Shown here: positions 18,478-28,045 of the stretch, piece by piece | Layout: the number at the start of each line of letters is the position of its first letter | Position numbering within the stretch: position 1 is the first letter of the stretch | Source of the DNA: Acidobacteriota bacterium | GTDB lineage: Bacteria; Acidobacteriota; Blastocatellia; RBC074 | DNA length: 46,910 nt | Assembly: GCA_018268995.1 (NCBI GenBank) | Contig: JAFDVL010000015.1 | Location: forward strand, 19,532-66,441 | Direction: 5' to 3' | Notes under the pieces: generated by a model | What the model was told of the DNA's origin: nothing | Database searches by the model: none | Seen by the model: the letters and a program-made list of their open reading frames with translations, nothing else | Position numbers and translations under genes: made by a program

Positions 18478-19563
18478 ATGTCTATATTCAGAACCGATGT
18501 TGTTGGGAGCTTGTTGCGTCCCGAATATTTGAAAGAGGCACGAACGAAATACGAAGCGGGTGAGCTTTCCGATGCCGCATTCAAGCAAATTGAAGATCGT
18601 GCCGTCAACGACGCCATCGCCTTGCAGGAGCGCGCGGGCATTGATGTCATCACCGATGGCGAAATGCGGCGCTATGCCTTCTATGGGCATTTGATTGACG
18701 CGGTTGAGGGTTACGATAAATACGGGGGCTGGGCAATTCCCTTCCGCGATGAAAAGGGCGAGGAACTTGTGCTGCAACGCCCTGTTGTCGTGTCCAAGCT
18801 CCAACGCAAACGACATATGTGCGCAGAGGAATTTACCTACGTGCGCGCGATTGCCAAGGCTCCGGCGAAAGTCACGCTGGTCAGCGCACAACAGGCCGCC
18901 GCGTATTACGATGCCGAAAAATCAAAAGGCGCATACGCCACGGTTGACGCGTATCTCTCTGACCTCGTAGACATTTTGCGGGGCGAGATAGAAGAGCTGG
19001 TGCGCCTGGGTTGCAGCTATATTCAAATTGATTCGCCGCAATACACGGCGCTGCTTGATCCTGATTTGCGCGAGGGCTATCGCAAGCGCGGTAATGATCC
19101 CGACCGACTGCTTGACCTTTCGATTGAGATGGACAATGCCATTGTCGGCGATCATCCGGGCATCACATTTGGGCTGCATCTCTGTCGCGGCAACAACCAA
19201 AGCAAATTTTACGCGCAGGGCGATTACGGCCCGATCACAAAGGTCTTTCAGAAAACCAAATTTGATCGCTTTCTGTTGGAATTCGACGATGCACGTTCAG
19301 GCGGGTTTGAGCCATTGGCCGAAGTGCCGGAAGATCGCGTCGTAGTGCTGGGTCTGATCAGTTCAAAAAAACCAGAATTGGAAAGCAAAGACGAATTGAA
19401 ACGCCGCATTGCCGAGGCTTCGCAATTCATTGCCAACGACCGTCTCGCACTCAGCCCCCAATGCGGTTTCGCGTCCACGCTCGAAGGCAATCTGGTCACG
19501 CCTGCCGATCAGGAAGCCAAGCTGCGGCTGGTGGTGGAAACAGCACGCGAAGTGTGGGGCTGA
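18478..19563 (+). CDS. Cobalamin-independent methionine synthase (MetE) C-terminal-domain-like protein
   Basis: 361-aa ORF. N-terminal FRTDVVGSLLRPEYLKEAR and the overall length match stand-alone MetE C-terminal (UroD/MetE-like TIM barrel) homologues. GGGGAAGGAAAACCTCC precedes the ATG. Confidence 0.65.
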   Translation: MSIFRTDVVGSLLRPEYLKEARTKYEAGELSDAAFKQIEDRAVNDAIALQERAGIDVITDGEMRRYAFYGHLIDAVEGYDKYGGWAIPFRDEKGEELVLQRPVVVSKLQRKRHMCAEEFTYVRAIAKAPAKVTLVSAQQAAAYYDAEKSKGAYATVDAYLSDLVDILRGEIEELVRLGCSYIQIDSPQYTALLDPDLREGYRKRGNDPDRLLDLSIEMDNAIVGDHPGITFGLHLCRGNNQSKFYAQGDYGPITKVFQKTKFDRFLLEFDDARSGGFEPLAEVPEDRVVVLGLISSKKPELESKDELKRRIAEASQFIANDRLALSPQCGFASTLEGNLVTPADQEAKLRLVVETAREVWG

Positions 19564-19678
19564 GCATTTTCCATTTTTCATTTGAGATTTGTCATCGGTC
19601 ATGGATTGCGCAACTGCCGCTGCAATAACAAATGAAAAATAACAACTGGAAAATGGAAAATAGCAACGGGCAAAATCT

Positions 19679-21541
19679 ATGAATGCGCTTCCCTCGTTTG
19701 ATTTTGTTCCAGTCAATTTTCTTCCCGCCAGGGTTGAGGTTGAGCAGCGTACAGATGGCACGCTCATTTTGCGTTCGCCCGAACCGCTGGGTGCATACGC
19801 ACGATGTCTGACCGAAGCGTTGGAGCACTGGGCACAAGAGCGACCGGAGCACATTTATCTGGGACAGCGCGCTGGCGATGGCTGGCAAACACTGACGTAT
19901 GCTGAGGCGTGGCGACGGGTACGAGCCATTGCGACAGCCTTGTTGCAACGCGAGCTTTCGCCTGCTCGCCCCGTGGCAATTTTGTCAGAAAATTCCATTG
20001 CACATGCACTGTTGGCTTTGGCGGCAATGCACGTTGGGATTCCGTTCGTCCCGATTTCAACGGCATATTCATTGATGTCCAGGGACTATCAAAAGCTACG
20101 CGTCATCTTCTCGCTGCTGGAACCGGGACTCGTTTTTGTGGAAGACGGCGCGCCGTATGCCGCAGCAATAGCCGCGCTTGATGATTTCGATTTTGAGGCA
20201 ATTGCGGCAATCAACGCCTCAAGCCTGCCGCGTCCGGCAACGTCATTGAGCGCATTAGAACAGGATACAGATGTCCGGGCAGTGGATTCGGCCTTCGCGA
20301 CCATCACGCCGGACACAATTGCAAAGTTCCTGCTGACTTCGGGTTCAACGGGCAAGCCGAAAGCGGTTATCAATAGCCAGCGGATGCTTTGTTCAAATCA
20401 AATGACGCTGGCGCAGGCGTGGCCATTTTTGCGAGAAACGCCGCCTGTGCTGGTGGATTGGTTGCCGTGGAATCACACGGCAGGCGGCAACAACAATTTC
20501 GGGCTGACGCTAACGCACGGCGGAACCCTGTACATTGACGAAGGAAAGCCCGTGCCCGGCTTGATTGAAAAAACAGTTCGCAACCTGCGCGAGATTGCGC
20601 CAACTGTGTATTACAGCGTGCCGCGCGGGTATGAAGCGCTGTTACCGTTTCTGGAAAATGATGTCGAATTGCGGCGAAATTTCTTTTCGCGGCTCAAGGT
20701 GCTGCAATATGCCGGAGCTGCGTTGCCCGCGAATCTATGGGAACGGTTACAGCAAGTTTCCATCGCGGCAACGGGCAAACGCGTGCCGCTGACATCAGGC
20801 TGGGGATCAACGGAAACTGCCCCGCAAGTCACGCTGGTTCACTTTGAACCGATGCGTGCCAGTGTCATCGGATTGCCAACGCCGGGGAATGAGTTAAAGA
20901 TGCTGCCGACAGACACGGCAGGAAAATATGAACTCCGCGTGCGTGGGCCAAACGTCACGCCGGGCTATTGGAAGCGGGAAGACCTGACCGCAGCGGCATT
21001 TGATGAAGAAGGTTTTTATCGAATTGGCGACGCCGGACGTTTTGCCGACCCGGATGACTCTGCCCAGGGCATCGAATTTGCCGGACGCATTGCTGAAGAT
21101 TTCAAACTGACGAGTGGTACGTGGGTACACGTCGGAGCATTACGCGTAAAAGCAATTGCCGCGCTCGCCCCTGTCGCGCAGGATGTCGTCATTGCAGGTC
21201 ACGACCGCGATGAGGTCGCTTTTTTGATCTTTCCGAGCCTTGCCGGCTGTCGCCATTTATGCCCAGATTTCGGCGAAGAAATTGCCCTGCAAACCTTGCT
21301 TGCTGATGCACGCGTCCGTGCCTGTGTGCAGGCAGGAATGCAGCAATTGCAAATCGAAAGCGTTGGCAGTTCAATGTACGCCACACGGGCGATTTTGTTG
21401 GAAGAGCCGCCGCAGATTGATGCCGGGGAAATCACAGACAAAGGCTATCTGAATCAACGCGCTGTGCTTGAACGTCGCGCCAGTCTCATCGAACAGTTGT
21501 ACGCGGCACCAGTCACAAGCAACATCATTTCATTGCCTTGA
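19679..21541 (+). CDS. AMP-dependent synthetase/ligase, feruloyl-CoA-synthetase-like
   Basis: 620-aa ORF. LLTSGSTGKPKAV is the AMP-binding P-loop. The long N-terminal region before the AMP-binding core resembles the Fcs (trans-feruloyl-CoA synthase) architecture. Confidence 0.7.
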   Translation: MNALPSFDFVPVNFLPARVEVEQRTDGTLILRSPEPLGAYARCLTEALEHWAQERPEHIYLGQRAGDGWQTLTYAEAWRRVRAIATALLQRELSPARPVAILSENSIAHALLALAAMHVGIPFVPISTAYSLMSRDYQKLRVIFSLLEPGLVFVEDGAPYAAAIAALDDFDFEAIAAINASSLPRPATSLSALEQDTDVRAVDSAFATITPDTIAKFLLTSGSTGKPKAVINSQRMLCSNQMTLAQAWPFLRETPPVLVDWLPWNHTAGGNNNFGLTLTHGGTLYIDEGKPVPGLIEKTVRNLREIAPTVYYSVPRGYEALLPFLENDVELRRNFFSRLKVLQYAGAALPANLWERLQQVSIAATGKRVPLTSGWGSTETAPQVTLVHFEPMRASVIGLPTPGNELKMLPTDTAGKYELRVRGPNVTPGYWKREDLTAAAFDEEGFYRIGDAGRFADPDDSAQGIEFAGRIAEDFKLTSGTWVHVGALRVKAIAALAPVAQDVVIAGHDRDEVAFLIFPSLAGCRHLCPDFGEEIALQTLLADARVRACVQAGMQQLQIESVGSSMYATRAILLEEPPQIDAGEITDKGYLNQRAVLERRASLIEQLYAAPVTSNIISLP

Positions 21542-21553
21542 GGAAACCATTCA

Positions 21554-22867
21554 ATGTCCAGCCCCGCAGCCACATCAACACCGCAGAGCGAAACGCGCCT
21601 TGGATATGCGTGGTATGTCGCCATCATCCTGATGTTGTGCAACACGCTCTCGTTCATTGATCGGCAAGTGTTGGGCTTGTTGGTTGATCCCATCAAACAG
21701 GATTTGCAGATCAGTGACACGCGCATCGGCCTGTTGCAAGGATTGGCCTTCGCCTTGTTTTACACGGCACTGGGCTTACCGATGGGACGCATTGCGGATC
21801 GCGGCAATCGGCGCAATTTAATTTCCATCGGCATCTTTTTCTGGAGCCTGATGACGGCGCTGTGTGCGCTGGCGCAGAATTTCCTGTCCTTGTTTTTGAC
21901 GCGGATGGGCGTAGGCATAGGCGAAGCCACACTCTCGCCGTCGGCCTTTTCGCTGATTTCGGATTACTTTCCCAAAGAGCGCCTGGGCACAGCGCTGAGC
22001 GTTTTTTCGATGGGGATTTTTTTCGGTTCCGGGCTGGCGTTGATTGTTGGAGGATTGGTTATTGGCGCGGTCGGTTCGTGGCGCTTGACGTTTGTCATTG
22101 TTGGCTTGCCGGGAATCGTGATGGCACTGCTGGCGCTCACAATCAAGGAACCGACGCGCAAAAATTTGCTGACAACAAAAACGGGGGAATTCACCAAGCT
22201 CAGTATTGCGGAGGTAATTCATCAGATTAAACTGCGGTGGCAATCTGTGGCGGGTATTTGCATTGGGTTTGCGTTTCAAGCGCTCTGCAATTATGCACAA
22301 CAAGCCTGGTTGCCCTCCTATTTCAGGCGGGTGCATGGCTGGGCACCAAAGCAAACCGGATTGACGTTAGGTCTGATTTCATTGGCTGCTGGGCTGCTGG
22401 GCAATTATGCAGGTGGCTGGTTGTGCGATTACTGGCAAATGCAACGCAAGCGCGAGGCTCCGCTGAAGGTGGGCGTGCTGGCAACACTTTGCGCCGGAGC
22501 GTTTTTCAGCGCGGCGATGCTGGCCCCTGACGTTTCGGTACAACTGGGCTTGCTCGTGCCGGCGTTCTTCTTCCTGGCGATGCCAATTGGCAGCACGTAC
22601 GCTTCGTTGCAACTGATCTTTCCGAATCAGGTACGCGCACAGGCGGGCGCGTTACAGGTCTTCACGCTGAACCTCGGCGGTTTGGTGTTGGGGCCACTGC
22701 TACCTGGTCTGTTCAATGATTACATTTTCCGTGACCCGAATCGAGTAGGATATTCACTTGCACTGACAGTTGGGTTGGCTTCATTGCTATCTGCAATTCT
22801 CTTTCGCAGCACATATGGCGCATATCGAAAGCACTATGCGCTGATGCAGGAAGGCACAAGCAAATAA
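21554..22867 (+). CDS. MFS transporter
   Basis: 437-aa ORF with about 12 predicted TM segments. GLPMGRIADRGNRRN is the MFS loop 2-3 motif. It starts 13 bp after the ligase gene. Confidence 0.8.
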   Translation: MSSPAATSTPQSETRLGYAWYVAIILMLCNTLSFIDRQVLGLLVDPIKQDLQISDTRIGLLQGLAFALFYTALGLPMGRIADRGNRRNLISIGIFFWSLMTALCALAQNFLSLFLTRMGVGIGEATLSPSAFSLISDYFPKERLGTALSVFSMGIFFGSGLALIVGGLVIGAVGSWRLTFVIVGLPGIVMALLALTIKEPTRKNLLTTKTGEFTKLSIAEVIHQIKLRWQSVAGICIGFAFQALCNYAQQAWLPSYFRRVHGWAPKQTGLTLGLISLAAGLLGNYAGGWLCDYWQMQRKREAPLKVGVLATLCAGAFFSAAMLAPDVSVQLGLLVPAFFFLAMPIGSTYASLQLIFPNQVRAQAGALQVFTLNLGGLVLGPLLPGLFNDYIFRDPNRVGYSLALTVGLASLLSAILFRSTYGAYRKHYALMQEGTSK

Positions 22868-22876
22868 AGGATATTC

Positions 22877-23347
22877 ATGGAACTGAAACCCGTCGTCCCT
22901 CGGCTGGAACTCTTTGCACACCTGATTGTCAATGTGGCAACGCCGCTCAGCATTGGCAAGGTGATGACAGGCGAACGCCGCATTATCCCCATCACAGGCG
23001 GACGTGTCGAAGGCGCAAAATTGCGAGGCGAAATCCTTCCGGGCGGTGCGGATTGGCAAATCGTCGCGGCAGATGGCACGGCGCTGCTCGAAGCGCGATA
23101 CACGATTCGCACGGACGACAATGCGCTGATTTATGTGCGCAACATCGGCGTGCGCCACGGCCCGCCAGAGGTCTTAGCCGCCATTGCACGTGGCGAACAG
23201 GTCGAGCCAACCAAATACTACTTTCGCGCGACACCAACCTTTGAGACAGGCGACAAACGATACGACTGGCTGAATCGCGTGCTGGCCGTTTGTTCCGGCG
23301 TGCGAACGCGCGAAGCCGTGTTGCTGGATTTTTATGCGGTAACATAA
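22877..23347 (+). CDS. DUF3237-like beta-barrel protein
   Basis: 156-aa ORF. IIPITGGRVEGAKLRGEILPGGADWQ resembles the conserved DUF3237 core. It lies 10 bp after the MFS gene. Confidence 0.45.
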   Translation: MELKPVVPRLELFAHLIVNVATPLSIGKVMTGERRIIPITGGRVEGAKLRGEILPGGADWQIVAADGTALLEARYTIRTDDNALIYVRNIGVRHGPPEVLAAIARGEQVEPTKYYFRATPTFETGDKRYDWLNRVLAVCSGVRTREAVLLDFYAVT

Positions 23348-23357
23348 CGATCTGTAC

Positions 23358-23415
23358 TGCAAACATCCTGTTTGCAACGCCTCTTTTTGACCGAGAGACA
23401 AACAAGATGTTTGTC
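23358..23415. promoter_or_regulatory. Twin operator-like palindromes upstream of pobA
   Basis: TGCAAACA-tcc-TGTTTGCA at 23358-23376 and GACAAACA-aga-TGTTTGTC at 23397-23415 are both perfect 8+3+8 inverted repeats sharing the core CAAACA-N3-TGTTTG. The second is centred 25 bp upstream of the pobA ATG. Confidence 0.45.
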
Positions 23416-23427
23416 CGACATTCCTAA

Positions 23428-24606
<1,179 letters not shown>

Positions 24607-24632
24607 GGGTAAGGCAGGAGGAGCGGAATTAA

Positions 24633-24717
24633 CGCAAAGGGGCAAAGAGGCAAAAGATCAGTTTGAGATATTCAGCTACCTCTTTGTCCCTTTGTCCCTT
24701 TGCGTTTTCTTCTCTTG
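24633..24717. terminator. Bidirectional terminator-like hairpin between convergent pobA and the ywiC-like gene
   Basis: CGCAAAGGGGCAAAGAGG at 24633-24650 pairs imperfectly with CCTCTTTGTCCCTTTGTCCCTTTGCG at 24679-24704. It is followed by a TTTTCTTCTCTT T-tract. Confidence 0.4.
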
Positions 24718-24730
24718 ATGGCCAAGCTAT

Positions 24731-25537
24731 TTAAGCCATTAGCGAAGGCTTCATTCCCCATACCAGGAAGACAACGAATACCAGCGTGTAGATAGATTCT
24801 GCAATGCCGATACGCTTCAGGTTAAGTTTCCCTTTTTCTTCTTTCATCCCGGCAATCGTGCGCAGCACAATCGGCAGAAATGCAACCGCAGCCAACATCG
24901 TGATCCAACCTTGCCAGATGAGGAATCCAATCACAGCTACCAGCAAAACGTGATAGCCCACGCATTGCCACGTCAGGGTGGTCGCATCTTTCTTTTTGGC
25001 AAAGCGGCTGACGCGCATTTTCACATAAAAAATCGAGCTGGTGAAATACACGATGTTCAGCGCCCACAAGAGCAGGCAGAACCAATCCAACTTGCCGCCC
25101 GCCACATAGTAAGCACCGGGCGCGGTGAAAGTCAGGCTGATGACGCCTAAGAATTCTCCGCCAATCGTGCGTTCTTCGCGTTTGGAGGCGAGATAGATAT
25201 GCGCCGTCAATAACACCGTCAACACAATACCGAAGGGCACCAGATACCAACGCTGATAATTGACAAGAAGTGGAATTGTCGCGGCGATGGCAAGCGCAGA
25301 ATAGATGGCGAACCACCATTTTGACTCGCGGAAAATTTGCGGGCTGGAAGGGCGCTTCGGGTTGAGTTTTACGAGAACAGCAAGTGGTTCGTGCGCCAAA
25401 AAAATTGCGGTTGTCGCAAGCAGGAATAACCACACGGATAGCTCATAGCGACCCAGCACGGCAACCGCGATAATCAATGGCGCATACAGCATCGCCCAAG
25501 CGCCGTGTTCGTGTGGAACGGGTGGTTTGAATTTCAT
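24731..25537 (-). CDS. YwiC-like polytopic membrane protein
   Basis: About 268 aa with 7-8 TM helices and N-terminal PPVPHEHGAWAMLYAPL. The ATG at 25537 has an AGGAG 8 nt upstream. The track start at 25543 is TTG. It is the last gene of the nos operon. Confidence 0.45.
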   Translation of the reverse strand: MKFKPPVPHEHGAWAMLYAPLIIAVAVLGRYELSVWLFLLATTAIFLAHEPLAVLVKLNPKRPSSPQIFRESKWWFAIYSALAIAATIPLLVNYQRWYLVPFGIVLTVLLTAHIYLASKREERTIGGEFLGVISLTFTAPGAYYVAGGKLDWFCLLLWALNIVYFTSSIFYVKMRVSRFAKKKDATTLTWQCVGYHVLLVAVIGFLIWQGWITMLAAVAFLPIVLRTIAGMKEEKGKLNLKRIGIAESIYTLVFVVFLVWGMKPSLMA

Positions 25538-25546
25538 CAACAACTC

Positions 25547-26737
25547 CTATGAAATCATTCTGGCAACAATTCTAAAGCCGAGATACGGTGTGTGAACAGA
25601 CGGTTCAAACGTTTCCCGATACGGAATGTACATTGTGGCGGTGCTGGCGCTATACCACGAACCGCCGCGCACAACACGCGCCCCGCTGAGCGATTCTTGA
25701 TTGCGCTCATCGTCGGTAAACGGATGTTCACGGTTGGCGGGCTGATTTAAAGAAACCGTCCATTCCGCGACATTACCTGTCAGATGAAAGACGCCATAGC
25801 GATTCGGTTGATAATTACCAGATGTAGCCTGCCAGCCAACGACAGTCACTTCAGCCGACGGGTTCTTTTTCCAGTTGTACAGCTTCACATCAGCGTCGCT
25901 CAAGTTCATCCCTAAGCCGTAATCAAAATTATCAGGCCCGCGCGCGGCCTTTTCCCATTCGGCCTCGGAGGGTAATGAATAAATCCATTGGTTCGCGCCC
26001 ATTTTTTTCGTTAGCCAATGACAGTACGCCGTAGCTTCAAACCAATTGACATTCACAACCGGCTGATCTGTCTGCCCGAATCGTTTGAAATCCGCATCAC
26101 TTGAACTGAGCTGAGCTGAGCTTTGCGACCTGTTTTCTGCTTTCCATTTTCGGCCCCCCTCCGTCCAATTCGCGTTGTTGTCATAGCCTGTGGGATCGCT
26201 TATGAAAGCCTTGAATTCCTCGTTTGTGACTTCAAAAGGGCTGATGAAGAAAGCTTTTTGCCAAACATAATGCGGTTCCAGCGGATTGGCGTGATCGCCA
26301 TACAGAAAATGGCCACTGGGAATGAGGATGAAGGCTGGCGCATTCGGGAATAAGCGCGGAGGCGAATCCGCCGCCATCGAACGCACAGTAACGGCAAATT
26401 CGCCGTTCGCATCAGGCCCCCGGCGAAACCCAACGAGTGGGATGGAGAAAAATGTTTGGTGACCTGATTGCTCGGCCTGCAAAAAGTAGTTTCCCGGTGG
26501 CAACCAGATGCGATTGCCATCGAAGTTGGAGATGGGCGAAGTCTCAGCCAGCGTCTTTCCTGCTTTGAATAATCGAATGGGCGCATGGGCCTGATTCGCA
26601 ATCACCAATTCAGTTTCACCGCGCTCAAAATGCAGTTTATCTGCGCTATAACTTGTCGCATAGCGTGCCACGAAGATCACGCCAACAACGACAATGGCGA
26701 CGAGCAAAACGACCAAAACTGCCAACCATTTCTTCAT
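25547..26737 (-). CDS. Formylglycine-generating-enzyme (FGE/SUMF1) family protein, NirV-like, membrane anchored
   Basis: C-terminal NRYGVFHLTGNVAEWT...GARVVRGGSWYS...LGFRIV are FGE-sulfatase domain hallmarks. The track start at 26989 overlaps the upstream gene. I use the ATG at 26737 (MKKWLAVLVVLLVAIVVVGVIF, a TM anchor), which lies 6 nt after the upstream gene's stop. Confidence 0.7.
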   Translation of the reverse strand: MKKWLAVLVVLLVAIVVVGVIFVARYATSYSADKLHFERGETELVIANQAHAPIRLFKAGKTLAETSPISNFDGNRIWLPPGNYFLQAEQSGHQTFFSIPLVGFRRGPDANGEFAVTVRSMAADSPPRLFPNAPAFILIPSGHFLYGDHANPLEPHYVWQKAFFISPFEVTNEEFKAFISDPTGYDNNANWTEGGRKWKAENRSQSSAQLSSSDADFKRFGQTDQPVVNVNWFEATAYCHWLTKKMGANQWIYSLPSEAEWEKAARGPDNFDYGLGMNLSDADVKLYNWKKNPSAEVTVVGWQATSGNYQPNRYGVFHLTGNVAEWTVSLNQPANREHPFTDDERNQESLSGARVVRGGSWYSASTATMYIPYRETFEPSVHTPYLGFRIVARMIS

Positions 26738-26742
26738 TGTCT

Positions 26743-27189
26743 TCAGCGCACGCCCTCTTTCTGATTGGCTTTCAGCAGATAAATCGAGGCTGCTATCAAC
26801 AATGGGGATGAATAAATTCCGGGCATCAGACGTCCCAGCCAAAATGACGCGATAATGTGTTGCGCACCAGTTAGAATCATCAAGACAGCAAATATTTTCG
26901 CCGGTACCTTCAACCATTTTGCGCCGTGAAACGCGAAAGGGGTCAGGCAAAGCAAGAGCACAATGCCCAGTACCAAACCTGCCATCCAAACTTCAAAAGT
27001 AAATGTTGGCAAAGGAAGAAAAGGAATTTTTTGCCGAAGGGCCTGAACCGTTGGATTGTAAATCGCAAGGAAATCATGCAGCGCTTCATCCATCACGTGA
27101 AAGGCAAGCGCAAAGCAAAGCGATAACCACGCCAATCCATAGTTTCCTCTTTCTGCTGGAAACCAATACCGATTCCTGAGCGTGTTCAT
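26743..27189 (-). CDS. Small 4-TM membrane protein with HXXEE-like motif
   Basis: 149 aa from the ATG at 27189, with GGAGGTG 5 nt upstream. It carries FHVMDEALHDF and 4 predicted TM helices. The longer track ORF (to 27270) would overlap the nosY 3' end. Confidence 0.4.
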   Translation of the reverse strand: MNTLRNRYWFPAERGNYGLAWLSLCFALAFHVMDEALHDFLAIYNPTVQALRQKIPFLPLPTFTFEVWMAGLVLGIVLLLCLTPFAFHGAKWLKVPAKIFAVLMILTGAQHIIASFWLGRLMPGIYSSPLLIAASIYLLKANQKEGVR

Positions 27190-27212
27190 AACACCTCCGC
27201 AAACGCGTGTTA

Positions 27213-28043
27213 TCAAATGTCCTGCCGCTTCAGCAGCCGTTGCGATAACAAAAACGGAGCTACAATCCAAACTGTCATTCCCAGCACGAGCAACGAAATG
27301 CTGGTAACTTCGCCGCCGAAAAACTTCATTAACGCTGCGCCCGCTACGCCAAAGATTTCTTTGCCGTTCAGCACGATTAGTGATCCGACGCGTGTCATGT
27401 CTACGGGGTTGCCAAACAGCGAAGCAAAAATGAAGTGGTTCGCTGTTCGTTCCTTGAAAAGGAATGTGCCGCCAATCACCAGCAGGTCATAAAACAGCAC
27501 AAAGAAAAACCAGAGAAACATGACGACGCCAAATGCTCGGTTTTTACGTTGGCAAAGTGCCGCAATCAAGGCAGACAAACTTAAAAACACCAATGCCAGC
27601 AGCAATGAGAAGCCCACAAATAACGGATAGCGCAATGCGCCTGCGGTTCCGGCTTTCATTGCAATCACGAAACCACCCAGCCCAAATCCAATTAACGTTG
27701 CCGTCAACATTGAACCAAACAAGCCCAGCAATTTGCCGAGCCAGATTTCGCCGCGCGTCACAGGTTGCGCAAAGAGCATTTCGCTTGCGCCTTTCTCGCT
27801 CGTAAAACTGAGCGTGCCCATGACTAACGCCACCAACGGCACGATGTACAACACAAGGTTGAGCAAGCTGGCCGAAGTGCGCGTGAAACCCTGAAAGCCA
27901 ATCGCGCCAGCGGTAATCATCCCGAAATAGGAAATCGCCAACACCAACACGCTGAAGACGCCCGCGAAAATCAGCGTCCATTTGTTGCGAATATTAATCG
28001 TCAATTCCTGTTTCGCGATGGTCGTGACAGCGTTGATGTCCAT
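27213..28043 (-). CDS. nosY: ABC-2-type permease NosY (nitrous-oxide reductase maturation)
   Basis: 276 aa with 6 TM helices and ABC-2 permease topology. It sits in a nosD/nosF/nosL context, with its ATG 2 nt after the upstream stop. Confidence 0.7.
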   Translation of the reverse strand: MDINAVTTIAKQELTINIRNKWTLIFAGVFSVLVLAISYFGMITAGAIGFQGFTRTSASLLNLVLYIVPLVALVMGTLSFTSEKGASEMLFAQPVTRGEIWLGKLLGLFGSMLTATLIGFGLGGFVIAMKAGTAGALRYPLFVGFSLLLALVFLSLSALIAALCQRKNRAFGVVMFLWFFFVLFYDLLVIGGTFLFKERTANHFIFASLFGNPVDMTRVGSLIVLNGKEIFGVAGAALMKFFGGEVTSISLLVLGMTVWIVAPFLLSQRLLKRQDI

Positions 28044-28045
28044 GA

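Noticed and set aside
26737-26989. 84-residue N-terminal extension of the FGE-like ORF in the track
   Set aside because: It overlaps the upstream membrane-protein gene in another frame. The internal ATG at 26737 is followed by a TM anchor and sits 6 nt after the upstream stop.
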